A program made the translations under genes and the position numbers. The notes below the pieces were generated by a model. It was not told the DNA's origin, did not search any database, and saw only the letters and a list, made by a program, of their open reading frames with translations. From assembly GCA_026400645.1 (NCBI GenBank), contig JAPLOP010000008.1, forward strand, positions 11,484 to 35,483: 24,000 nt of DNA, written 5' to 3'. Positions 15,356 to 22,793 of this stretch are shown in pieces; position 1 is the stretch's first letter; every line of letters starts with the position of its first letter. Source of the DNA: Alphaproteobacteria bacterium. GTDB taxonomy: Bacteria; Pseudomonadota; Alphaproteobacteria; Paracaedibacterales; CAIULA01.

Positions 15356-17116
15356 ATGAGCACGATGAACACTCCCCTTTCTTTCCTCTGGTCGGTTATA
15401 AAACCATACAAGTTCCTGTACCTTGTCATGATGATGGCCCCCATTGCCAGCGGTGTTCATCTGATACTCTGCAATTATGCCGTGAAACTTTTAATCGATT
15501 TATTTACGCAGAACCATCATATTACTTTTGCACAAAGTTGGAAGCCAATCGCCTTATTCGTCAGTGCGCAAGTCATCATGGATGGTTCGTGGCGTGCGCA
15601 TAATTTTGCCCAATTAAAATGCGTACCCTATATTTTACAAAATATAATGGATAAAGTTTGTACGCATTGTTTTAACCTGCCCTATACTTTTTTTCAAAAT
15701 AATCTTTCGGGTTCTGTGGTTGGAAAGATAAAGGGAATTGGGGATAATTATTTTAAGATACAGCAAGCACTGGAGTATCACCTTAGTACACCTTTGTATA
15801 TTACAGTATTTTCTGGCATTGCCATGGCTTTTACCAATATAAAAATATTCTTTTTTGTATTGGTATTTACACTTATTTATTCGCCAATCGCCTTTCGATT
15901 TTTTACAAAGCTTGCCAACATGGAGCAAGCCAAACAAGATTCTTGGTATCACCTGTTTGGAACGGTTGCCGATCGCATTGCCAATATTTTTACAATCTTT
16001 TCATTTGCGACAAGACAGCGTGAGCTACAAAAAATTCAAGACTATTACGACACCGTCCATAACCCCCTAACGATCAAATACTATAAGTATGATTTGATCA
16101 TATCCATCATACTCTCTCTAGTTTATTGGGTATTTTTAATATCATTGTTTTGTTATGTTATTGACCTGCGCAACAATGGCGAGATTTCAATTGGCGATAT
16201 TGCGTTTGTTATGTCCCTGACATTTTTATTTAGCGAAAATTGCTGGAACACAACAATGAAAATTAAGGATTTTTTGGAAGATATCGCGGCCTTTCGCGCC
16301 GCGTTCGCCATCATGAAAGTCCCCCAGGATACAATCGATAAACCGCATTCGCCTTCCCTCAAAATCGCAAAAGGGGGGATTGCCTTTCAAGATCTGTCGT
16401 TCAATTATGAAAACAACAGCAGTGTATTCAAAAATCTAAATCTTCATATCAAGGCCGGCGAAAGGGTCGGAATTGTCGGACACTCTGGCGCCGGAAAATC
16501 AACACTCATATCCTTGCTGCTCAAAAACTTTAAAGCAACAAGTGGCGATATTGTCATCGATGATCAAAGCATCTATGACGTTTCTTCCGATAGTTTGCGG
16601 TCTCAGATTTCACTAATTCCACAAGATATTATGCTTTTCCATCGCTCCATCGGTGAAAATATTGGATATGCCAAGGAAAATGCAACGCAAGCCGAAATAG
16701 AAAACGCCGCAAAAGCAGCAAACATCCATGAATTTATTGAAACTTTGCCCGACAAATACGACACCCTTGTCGGCGAAAGGGGCGTTAAGCTCAGTGGTGG
16801 ACAACGTCAACGTATTGCAATCGCAAGGGCCATTCTTAAAAATGCCCCGATTTTGATTTTGGACGAGGCAACGTCTTCTCTTGACAGTCAGACTGAGCAG
16901 GAAATTCAAAAATCAATCAACACGATGCTTAACACAAATAAATCAACAGTTATTGCTATCGCGCATCGCCTTTCAACCATCAAGCATTTGGACAGAATCG
17001 TCGTTATGGAAGATGGAAACATTATTGAAGATGGCGATTTTTCAACGCTCCTTGCCATTCCGAATGGGAGATTCAAAAATCTTTGGGAACATCAGGTCAA
17101 TGGAATGGTGGTTTAA
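15356..17116 (+). CDS. ABC exporter, fused permease/ATPase (second, divergent, AT-rich paralog-type)
   Basis: Walker A GHSGAGKST, LSGGQRQR, ILILDEATS, IAHRLST. Six-helix N-terminal TMD and no C39 peptidase domain. ATG at 15356, with an alternative TTG at 15347, which is only 6 nt after the Rpn-like stop. Confidence 0.9.
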   Translation: MSTMNTPLSFLWSVIKPYKFLYLVMMMAPIASGVHLILCNYAVKLLIDLFTQNHHITFAQSWKPIALFVSAQVIMDGSWRAHNFAQLKCVPYILQNIMDKVCTHCFNLPYTFFQNNLSGSVVGKIKGIGDNYFKIQQALEYHLSTPLYITVFSGIAMAFTNIKIFFFVLVFTLIYSPIAFRFFTKLANMEQAKQDSWYHLFGTVADRIANIFTIFSFATRQRELQKIQDYYDTVHNPLTIKYYKYDLIISIILSLVYWVFLISLFCYVIDLRNNGEISIGDIAFVMSLTFLFSENCWNTTMKIKDFLEDIAAFRAAFAIMKVPQDTIDKPHSPSLKIAKGGIAFQDLSFNYENNSSVFKNLNLHIKAGERVGIVGHSGAGKSTLISLLLKNFKATSGDIVIDDQSIYDVSSDSLRSQISLIPQDIMLFHRSIGENIGYAKENATQAEIENAAKAANIHEFIETLPDKYDTLVGERGVKLSGGQRQRIAIARAILKNAPILILDEATSSLDSQTEQEIQKSINTMLNTNKSTVIAIAHRLSTIKHLDRIVVMEDGNIIEDGDFSTLLAIPNGRFKNLWEHQVNGMVV

Positions 17117-17119
17117 CAA

Positions 17120-17506
17120 CTACGGAATCATAACCGTGACCTGCCCCGGAAATTTGATTTCTATCATTCCACCCCAAATACAGTTTAATTTCGCCCCATT
17201 ATTTAACGCCTGCTTTCCGCAAATCTGAACCGTTGGCGATGGCGGCGACCACGGTGAAAAGGTCATGGGAATACAGGGCATGGGCGTCATGACCCCCAAT
17301 GCCGCCACTGTTGCCGCAATCACCATGGGGTTACCCATGCTCTGGCACATGCCAAAGGGTAATATATTGGCAAACGGAAGGTTATCGCTGGTTGTACCCG
17401 CAGGCAATGAAAAGACATTCACCGTACTGGGCAGCACGATCATGGGAACGGGCATCGACCCAAAGCTGCATTTACATAAAGCAACACATGTTGTTTGCAT
17501 TCCCAT
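17120..17506 (-). CDS. DUF4280 (PAAR-like) domain protein, stand-alone
   Basis: CSFGSMPVPMIVLP....LPAGTTSDNLPFANILPFGMCQSMGNPMVIAATVAALGVMTPMPCIPMTFSPWSPPSPTVQICGKQALNNGAKLNCIWGGMIEIKFPGQVTVMIP follows the DUF4280 consensus as I recall it (CSFG..P..L.V.P, N-I-x-PFG-x-C, NP.VAAAT.AA.GV.TP.PC.P, W.PG.P.V, ALN..SK..C.WGG.I.I..PGQ). The ATG at 17506 is preceded by AAAGGGGA. The ORF-track extension to 17632 runs into a repeat element. Confidence 0.85.
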   Translation of the reverse strand: MGMQTTCVALCKCSFGSMPVPMIVLPSTVNVFSLPAGTTSDNLPFANILPFGMCQSMGNPMVIAATVAALGVMTPMPCIPMTFSPWSPPSPTVQICGKQALNNGAKLNCIWGGMIEIKFPGQVTVMIP

Positions 17507-17587
17507 CGTTTTTCCCCTTTTTAAAAAGACGTACGGTCTATACCCTGAGTGCGACGTAAGAGTGGTATCAAAACAAGACCCCACCGT

Positions 17588-17672
17588 AGTTTTCCTCCGG
17601 CTTGACCGGAGGATCCAGTTGATAAAGATCAATTTCTTTCCCTGGACCCTATGGTCAAGCCATAGGGAAACT
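17588..17672 (+). repeat. nested-palindrome repeat, family 2, copy 3 (divergent sequence, same architecture)
   Basis: agttt-t-[cctccgg cttga ccggagg]-atcca-[ttgat aaag atcaa]..-tggac-[cctatgg tcaag ccatagg]g-aaact. The order of outer stem, hairpin A, ATCCA, TGGAC, hairpin B and outer stem is the same as in 22794-22865. The loops are identical and the stem sequences differ but stay complementary. Confidence 0.75.
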
Positions 17673-17828
17673 TGCTTTTGTCTGGGTTTTATTGACTTGT
17701 TACGTCGAACTCAGGGTCTATAGTAACCTTGGACAGCCCATGACTCAAGTGCCGTTAACTATTTGTTAATAATTTACCGCGCACAATCAAATCAATATCA
17801 CGACATTACAAAAAAAACCCTAACCACT

Positions 17829-18869
17829 ATGAATTTTATCACCCCCTTAACAAGATCCACCTTGATAACCTGCGCATTTCTGATGGCAACCGCACCAGGG
17901 AACGCTGCCGGTTTCCTGTTTGACCTTGCGTATGACAGCATATTCGGCACCAATGAATCCATTTTCTCCCCTATTTGCAAATTCCTTGATACCTACGAGG
18001 ATCAACCCGAAGACGCCGATGTTGTTGCCTTTAAGCTACGCGTCAATGATCTTGGCGAATACAATCCCCGTCCAAGCGATGGACCGATGAATATGGATGC
18101 CCTTATTAAAATCCTCAACAATGGTTATGTCCTCACTAAAATAAAAATTTTTGGCGCTGACATACAGAATTACGATATAAATTCCCTGGCCTGGGCTATT
18201 CGCGACAATTGCACAGTAACGTCATTGTCCCTTGCGCATCAGACAAGAGCAAATATAGGAACCCTTATTATGGCCCTAAGGAATAATTCCACAATAACGT
18301 CGCTGCATCTTTCCAACAATGACATGAGAAACGACGACGGATATACAATTGAATACCTTTTGCGGGGTGGCCGGACCGCGCTGACTGACCTAGCCCTTGT
18401 CAATAACAAGCTGGGGGATGCTGGGGCAGTTGTTATTGCCGAATCCTTGATGGGTCAACGTAAAATAACAAGCCTTTGTTTCGAAGAAAACGAGCTGGAA
18501 GAAAAAGGACGAAACGCCATGGCCGCCCTAGCCCTGAACAATGGCACGATCACCAGGCTTCTGGTTAATAATACCGACCTTGTTACAAATGGGGCAGAAC
18601 GAAAAACGCTTTTATACAAAGCGTGCAATAGGTTACAAAGTTTTATACCTGCTGGAATTATAGAAACACCAAAGGCGACCCCGTCCAGGGATAAAGAATC
18701 CATAAAAACAAAAGAAACAGATCTCAAGAATTCAGAAAGTTTAGAGTTAGCTTTGGAGCATGACTTAGCAAGTGCCCTCATCCTATATGGTGCATTTGGC
18801 AATGAGGAACAAAGCATAGAACAAGCCATCGAGGCGCTAAACGTCCCAACGTATACCCAAGATGAATGA
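17829..18869 (+). CDS. signal-peptide protein with ribonuclease-inhibitor-type (RI/RNI-like, 28-residue) leucine-rich repeats
   Basis: The start ATG at 17829 gives MNFITPLTRSTLITCAFLMATAPGNA|AG, which is Sec-signal-like. There are five consecutive repeats of about 28 aa, for example IGTLIMALRNNSTITSLHLSNNDMRNDD, GYTIEYLLRGGRTALTDLALVNNKLGDA and GAVVIAESLMGQRKITSLCFEENELEEK, matching LxxLxLxxNxLgdxG. The C-terminal tail is acidic. Confidence 0.8.
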   Translation: MNFITPLTRSTLITCAFLMATAPGNAAGFLFDLAYDSIFGTNESIFSPICKFLDTYEDQPEDADVVAFKLRVNDLGEYNPRPSDGPMNMDALIKILNNGYVLTKIKIFGADIQNYDINSLAWAIRDNCTVTSLSLAHQTRANIGTLIMALRNNSTITSLHLSNNDMRNDDGYTIEYLLRGGRTALTDLALVNNKLGDAGAVVIAESLMGQRKITSLCFEENELEEKGRNAMAALALNNGTITRLLVNNTDLVTNGAERKTLLYKACNRLQSFIPAGIIETPKATPSRDKESIKTKETDLKNSESLELALEHDLASALILYGAFGNEEQSIEQAIEALNVPTYTQDE

Positions 18870-19040
18870 AAATGTTGAAATTTTATGACAGAGATTTTTT
18901 TCAGAAACAAGATGAAAAAGCTGCGCATAGCTATTCTATGCAAAGCTTTTGAACCGCCGTTTATGGAGAAAAGATCCAACATAAAAATCAACATTTTCAT
19001 TTAGATTGGGTATAAGCCCATAATGACCCGCGCGCTACCC

Positions 19041-19235
19041 TCACAACAATCCACCCAACAAAAGCACAATCAATAAAAAAATCACCATGGCTTTAAAAAA
19101 CCGATACTGCCATGACGATTTCTGATTTGGGTGCGGCATTTCCCTGGGTGGAATAATTTCTCCGTATTGGTTTGTTCCAAAAGGCGGCCTTTTGTGGATC
19201 GCCAATGGGATAACTTTGTGATCGGCATCCTGCAT
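19041..19235 (-). CDS. hypothetical small protein with C-terminal transmembrane helix
   Basis: 64 aa. Starts 5 nt after the stop of the upstream membrane-protein gene on the same strand. The C-terminal FFKAMVIFLLIVLLLGGLL is a clear hydrophobic anchor. No SD and no recognisable family. Confidence 0.35.
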   Translation of the reverse strand: MQDADHKVIPLAIHKRPPFGTNQYGEIIPPREMPHPNQKSSWQYRFFKAMVIFLLIVLLLGGLL

Positions 19236-19240
19236 TTTCG

Positions 19241-19942
19241 TTATGCGGCCTTGTGTTTAACAGCATCTAAATGAATAATAGAAACAATATAGGACGAAAT
19301 AAGGGCAGAAAACAAACACCATACAGAATACATGGCATAGTGATAAAATATCCCCGTTAGGACAAGTGATCCCCCCAAAAGCCAACCAAAAAGCCTAATC
19401 CGTCTGTCTGGCGACAAAAGGGCCGGCCCCATGGTAACAAGAACATAGACAGCAAGTAAAAATTCATTGAATAGCATGCTATCAACGAAAGGAACATGTT
19501 TATAACCAAGACAGTGGGCATGTTTATAACATACAGATCCTTTATTTAGAATAATATCAACATTTGGATAGTATGCAAACAGCGGAATACAATAGTATAT
19601 ACTTAGTATAATCCCTATAATAATAAACAACTTGATGATCATCCTTTTATTCTTATAGGCGGGTGGCGTAATAGGGTAAATACTTAACCCAATCCAAAAG
19701 GGCCACAAGAAAAATGCAAAAAACAAAAAACTGTAGGCCGCAATCGTGGTGAGAGTCTGAGATCCCATTTTCATCCCCGTCCAAACAAACCCTTCGGAAA
19801 ATTGTTGAATCCCAAACAACAAGGGAACAGAGCCTAAAATGGCATATTTTTTATTTTTTTGAATACTCTGATAAAGACAGTATGCCCCCGTTGGAATCAA
19901 AAGGGCGGCAGCTGAAAAACTTGCAGTTGCAGAAAAACACAT
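19241..19942 (-). CDS. multi-pass integral membrane protein of unknown function (possibly DUF6629-like)
   Basis: About 7 hydrophobic helices. The N-terminus MCFSATASFSAAALLIPTGAYC....VPLLFGIQQFSEGFVW resembles a conserved uncharacterised membrane family that I recall only loosely. ATG at 19942 is preferred over the ORF-track start at 19993. Confidence 0.6.
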   Translation of the reverse strand: MCFSATASFSAAALLIPTGAYCLYQSIQKNKKYAILGSVPLLFGIQQFSEGFVWTGMKMGSQTLTTIAAYSFLFFAFFLWPFWIGLSIYPITPPAYKNKRMIIKLFIIIGIILSIYYCIPLFAYYPNVDIILNKGSVCYKHAHCLGYKHVPFVDSMLFNEFLLAVYVLVTMGPALLSPDRRIRLFGWLLGGSLVLTGIFYHYAMYSVWCLFSALISSYIVSIIHLDAVKHKAA

Positions 19943-20091
19943 TTTTATAGAGTTCACGTTTAACTGTTCATTATGCTTACCATCATAACGCACAATCGTT
20001 AAAATACGGTTAATTTTTTGCCATAAAATCCCGGGACAACACAGATGTTGCGGATGACCAGCCCTATCTGCTTAAAATTCGAACACAGACA

Positions 20092-21405
20092 ATGCACACA
20101 AGGTTAATCATAGTGAACGAAAAACACAAACACCTTCTAAGTTTATTAAAGCAGGAACAACAGACCCGCCATCACGAAAAAGAAAAATACAATTGGCCAA
20201 CCCACGCCCGCCCCAATCAATTGCCCCCATTGGATCCATGGAAAGTTTGGCTGATTTTGGCAGGTCGCGGATTTGGAAAAACACGCACAGGTGCCGAAAC
20301 GATTCGGGCGTGGGTGAAAGACGGCCAATACAAACGAATCGCCCTGGTTGGGCGCAGCATAGCCGAAGCACGCGACATCATGATCGATGGGGAAAGCGGC
20401 TTGATGGCTGTCCACCCAAAATCCGATCGCCCCATTTTCGAGGCGTCTAAAAACCGCCTTGTTTGGCCAAACGGCGCCGTCGCGATGGTTGTTGGAGGCG
20501 ATCACTACGAACGCCTTAGGGGGCCACAGTTCGATTTAGCCTGGGTGGATGAATTGGCCAAATTCCGATACCCGGATCAGCTTTGGGAACAATTAATGCT
20601 GTGTTTGCGGTTGGGGCAAAATCCACGCTGCTTGATCACAACAACGCCGAAACCAATTACCTTATTGGAAAAATTATTGGAATCCCCCGACGTTGCGATC
20701 ACCAGGGGATCAACCTTTGATAACAAATCAAACCTGGCCCCGTCATTTTTGCAGCAAATCGTTAAACAATTCGATGGAACACGATTGGGATCCCAAGAAT
20801 TGTATGCGGAATTATTAACCGATCGCCCAGGTGCCCTTTGGCAGCGGCAAATGATTCGCTATGCACACCCTGACGAGAACCAATTTCAACGCATCGTGAT
20901 TGCGATCGATCCCGCAACAACACATCATAACCAAAGTGATGAAACCGGCATTGTCGTGGCAGCCATGGGGCAGGATCAAAAGGTTTATATCCTTGATGAT
21001 TTAAGCGGCCGATACAGCCCAGCCGATTGGGGCCAAAGGGTGGCCAAAGCGTACTTCCAATACAAGGCAGACCGTGTCGTGGCCGAAATAAACAAGGGTG
21101 GCGACATGGTGGAAAGAATCGTTCGGTCCATCGATCCGCACATTGCGTACAAAGCCGTTCGGGCAACGCGGGGCAAGGCGGTCAGGGCGGAACCCATCGC
21201 CGCCCTGTATGAACAAGGGAAAGTTTTTCACGCCCGCCCCCTGCATGCGCTTGAAAAACAGTTGTGCGAATACATACCGGGGGTCACATCCAAATCCCCG
21301 GACCGTTTGGATGCGCTGGTTTGGGCCGTCACGGACCTGGCGTTGGAACGAGAAAACAACCCCGTGTTAAAGATATGGGGATGTCAGAGCGCCGGAGTGG
21401 GATAA
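20092..21405 (+). CDS. phage/GTA-type terminase large subunit (DNA packaging ATPase-nuclease)
   Basis: 437 aa. W..HARPNQLPPLDPWKVWLILAGRGFGKTRTGAE (Walker A), RIALVGRSIAEARDIMI.GESG, LVWPNGAVA, LRGPQFDLAWVDELAKF (Walker B). Nuclease-domain acidic blocks IAIDPA, VVAEINKGGDMV and SPDRLDALVWAVTDL. The pattern is that of RcGTA g2-like terminases, which are widespread in Alphaproteobacteria. Confidence 0.88.
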   Translation: MHTRLIIVNEKHKHLLSLLKQEQQTRHHEKEKYNWPTHARPNQLPPLDPWKVWLILAGRGFGKTRTGAETIRAWVKDGQYKRIALVGRSIAEARDIMIDGESGLMAVHPKSDRPIFEASKNRLVWPNGAVAMVVGGDHYERLRGPQFDLAWVDELAKFRYPDQLWEQLMLCLRLGQNPRCLITTTPKPITLLEKLLESPDVAITRGSTFDNKSNLAPSFLQQIVKQFDGTRLGSQELYAELLTDRPGALWQRQMIRYAHPDENQFQRIVIAIDPATTHHNQSDETGIVVAAMGQDQKVYILDDLSGRYSPADWGQRVAKAYFQYKADRVVAEINKGGDMVERIVRSIDPHIAYKAVRATRGKAVRAEPIAALYEQGKVFHARPLHALEKQLCEYIPGVTSKSPDRLDALVWAVTDLALERENNPVLKIWGCQSAGVG

Positions 21406-21523
21406 AGTATTTTTCTGGATGAGCGGCAGAAAAAGAATTTAACAGAAAACCAGCATGCAAAAAAGCCATAACAACAAAAAATGTTTTCCTTTTTGGGGAA
21501 AATATGACTAAATCAAACTATGT

Positions 21524-21613
21524 GGAGGGGTGCCAGAGTGGCCGATCGGGGCGGTCTCGAAAACCGTTGTGCGTGTGAACGTACCGTGGGTTCGAATCCC
21601 ACCCCCTCCGCCA
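21524..21613 (+). tRNA. tRNA-Ser (anticodon CGA), class II with long variable arm, CCA encoded
   Basis: Acceptor ggagggg/cccctcc. Anticodon stem gcggt/accgt with loop c-t-CGA-a-a (anticodon at 21558-21560). Variable arm gtgcgt-gtga-acgtac. T arm gtggg-ttcgaat-cccac. Discriminator g plus cca. The D stem (cca/cgg) carries one A.C mismatch. Confidence 0.88.
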
Positions 21614-21691
21614 GGCTTTGTTCTGCGAACTACGCCCAGCAAGCCGACATTGCTGTCGTGCACTTAACTACTTTAGTGTAATTGGAAAATA

Positions 21692-22510
21692 ATGCGCATT
21701 TTGTTTTGTGGTGATATCGTCGGAAGAAGCGGCCGTGAAGTCGTTATTAAATACATTCCGCATTTGAAACAAAAATTGCAACTCGATTGCGTCATTGTGA
21801 ACGGGGAAAACGCCGCACACGGCTTTGGCATCAATGCAACAATTTGCAAAGAATTGTACCAAGCGGGCGTTCACGTCATCACAACCGGTAATCATATTTG
21901 GGACCAGCGCGATGTTATCGGCTATATCGACAAAGATCCGTTTTTGTTGCGCCCCCTCAATTTCCCCCCAACGGCACCCGGCAAGGGATACACAGTTTAT
22001 CAAACGCCAAAGGGGCAGTCTGTATTAGTCATGAATGCCATGGGACGGCTTTTCATGGATGCGATCGATGATCCGTTCGCGGCGGTAGATGCTGTATTAA
22101 AAAAAATGCCCCTGGGTGCCGCAGTGTCAGCAATTGTGTTGGATTTCCATGCGGAAGCAACGTCCGAAAAAATGTCGATGGCCCATTTTTGTGATGGGCG
22201 GGTTAGCTTGGTCGTTGGAACGCACACGCACACACCAACGGCGGATGAACAAATCCTGGATCATGGAACAGCTTGCCTGACGGATGCCGGAATGTGCGGG
22301 GATTATAATTCCGTTGTGGGCATGTTAAAGGACGCCCCCATTCACCGTTTTACACGGAAAATGCCATCAGAACGCCTGTCCCCAGCCCAAGGGGATGGAA
22401 CCCTGTGTGGTGTGTATTTGGAAACGGATGATGCGACAGGGCTGGCCCTTAAAGTTGCCCCCGTCAGATTGGGCGGACGGCTGTCACAAACGATGCCGGT
22501 CATTTCTTAG
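21692..22510 (+). CDS. YmdB-type metallophosphoesterase (TIGR00282 family, 2',3'-cyclic-nucleotide phosphodiesterase-like)
   Basis: 272 aa. MRILFCGDIVGRSGRE, VIVNGENAAHGFGI, ITTGNHIWD, DFHAEATSEK, GTHTHTPTADE..L..GTA..TD.GM.G are the calcineurin-like metal-ligand blocks in the YmdB order. Confidence 0.88.
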   Translation: MRILFCGDIVGRSGREVVIKYIPHLKQKLQLDCVIVNGENAAHGFGINATICKELYQAGVHVITTGNHIWDQRDVIGYIDKDPFLLRPLNFPPTAPGKGYTVYQTPKGQSVLVMNAMGRLFMDAIDDPFAAVDAVLKKMPLGAAVSAIVLDFHAEATSEKMSMAHFCDGRVSLVVGTHTHTPTADEQILDHGTACLTDAGMCGDYNSVVGMLKDAPIHRFTRKMPSERLSPAQGDGTLCGVYLETDDATGLALKVAPVRLGGRLSQTMPVIS

Positions 22511-22540
22511 AAATTTTTTCGCAAATAAACGATTTTTTAA

Positions 22541-22698
22541 TATAGTGTTTTTCTGCGTGATCAATAGAGAGATAGCTTTTTGGATGGCCACACTCTCTTC
22601 GTTCGTTCGCCATGACGTCATGGCGAGGAGGGCGAAGCCCGACGTGGCCATCCAGAAAGCCATCCTGTTGTCTATTGACTTTGCAGGAAAATACTATA
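22541..22698 (+). repeat. 158-bp long imperfect palindrome (MITE-like), family 1, copy B
   Basis: tatagtgtttttctgcgtgatcaatagagagatagctttttggatggccac...cgccatgacgtcatggcg...gtggccatccagaaagccatcctgttgtctattgactttgcaggaaaatactata. The left and right halves are imperfect reverse complements from end to end. The centre is a perfect 18-bp palindrome containing TGACGTCA. The element begins 31 bp after the ymdB-like stop. Confidence 0.9.
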
Positions 22699-22793
22699 CT
22701 TTCATTCCATAAGAAGCAGTTCAACAAATTTGCACTTATAACGTAAATATTAATTTATGCTATTTACTATTTTAATTTAATCCCAAAGAATAC

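Noticed and set aside
17265-17723. 152-aa plus-strand ORF opposite the DUF4280 gene.
   Set aside because: The opposite strand carries an essentially complete DUF4280 consensus. The + strand ORF runs through the family-2 repeat and has no homolog-like features.
18455-19000. 181-aa minus-strand ORF overlapping the LRR gene 3' half.
   Set aside because: It is antisense to the regular 28-residue LRR periodicity, which is visible only in the + frame, and it has no start context.
20146-20505. Several 70-134-aa ORFs on both strands within the terminase gene (20108-21370).
   Set aside because: All are embedded in or antisense to the terminase frame, which carries Walker A/B and nuclease motifs. These are by-products of the locally higher GC.
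21410-21434. AT-rich hairpin tttttctg-gatgagcgg-cagaaaaa just after the terminase stop, sharing the 10-mer tttctggatg with the 158-bp element.
   Set aside because: The match is too short and the rest of the element is absent. It is probably a weak stem-loop or chance similarity, not a third copy.
21524-21613. tRNA-Ser as the boundary of an integrated island with an att direct repeat.
   Set aside because: I found no second copy of the tRNA 3' end (ggttcgaatcccaccccctcc) anywhere in the window, and no integrase gene is present. The accessory genes lie on the 5' side of the tRNA, not the usual 3' side.
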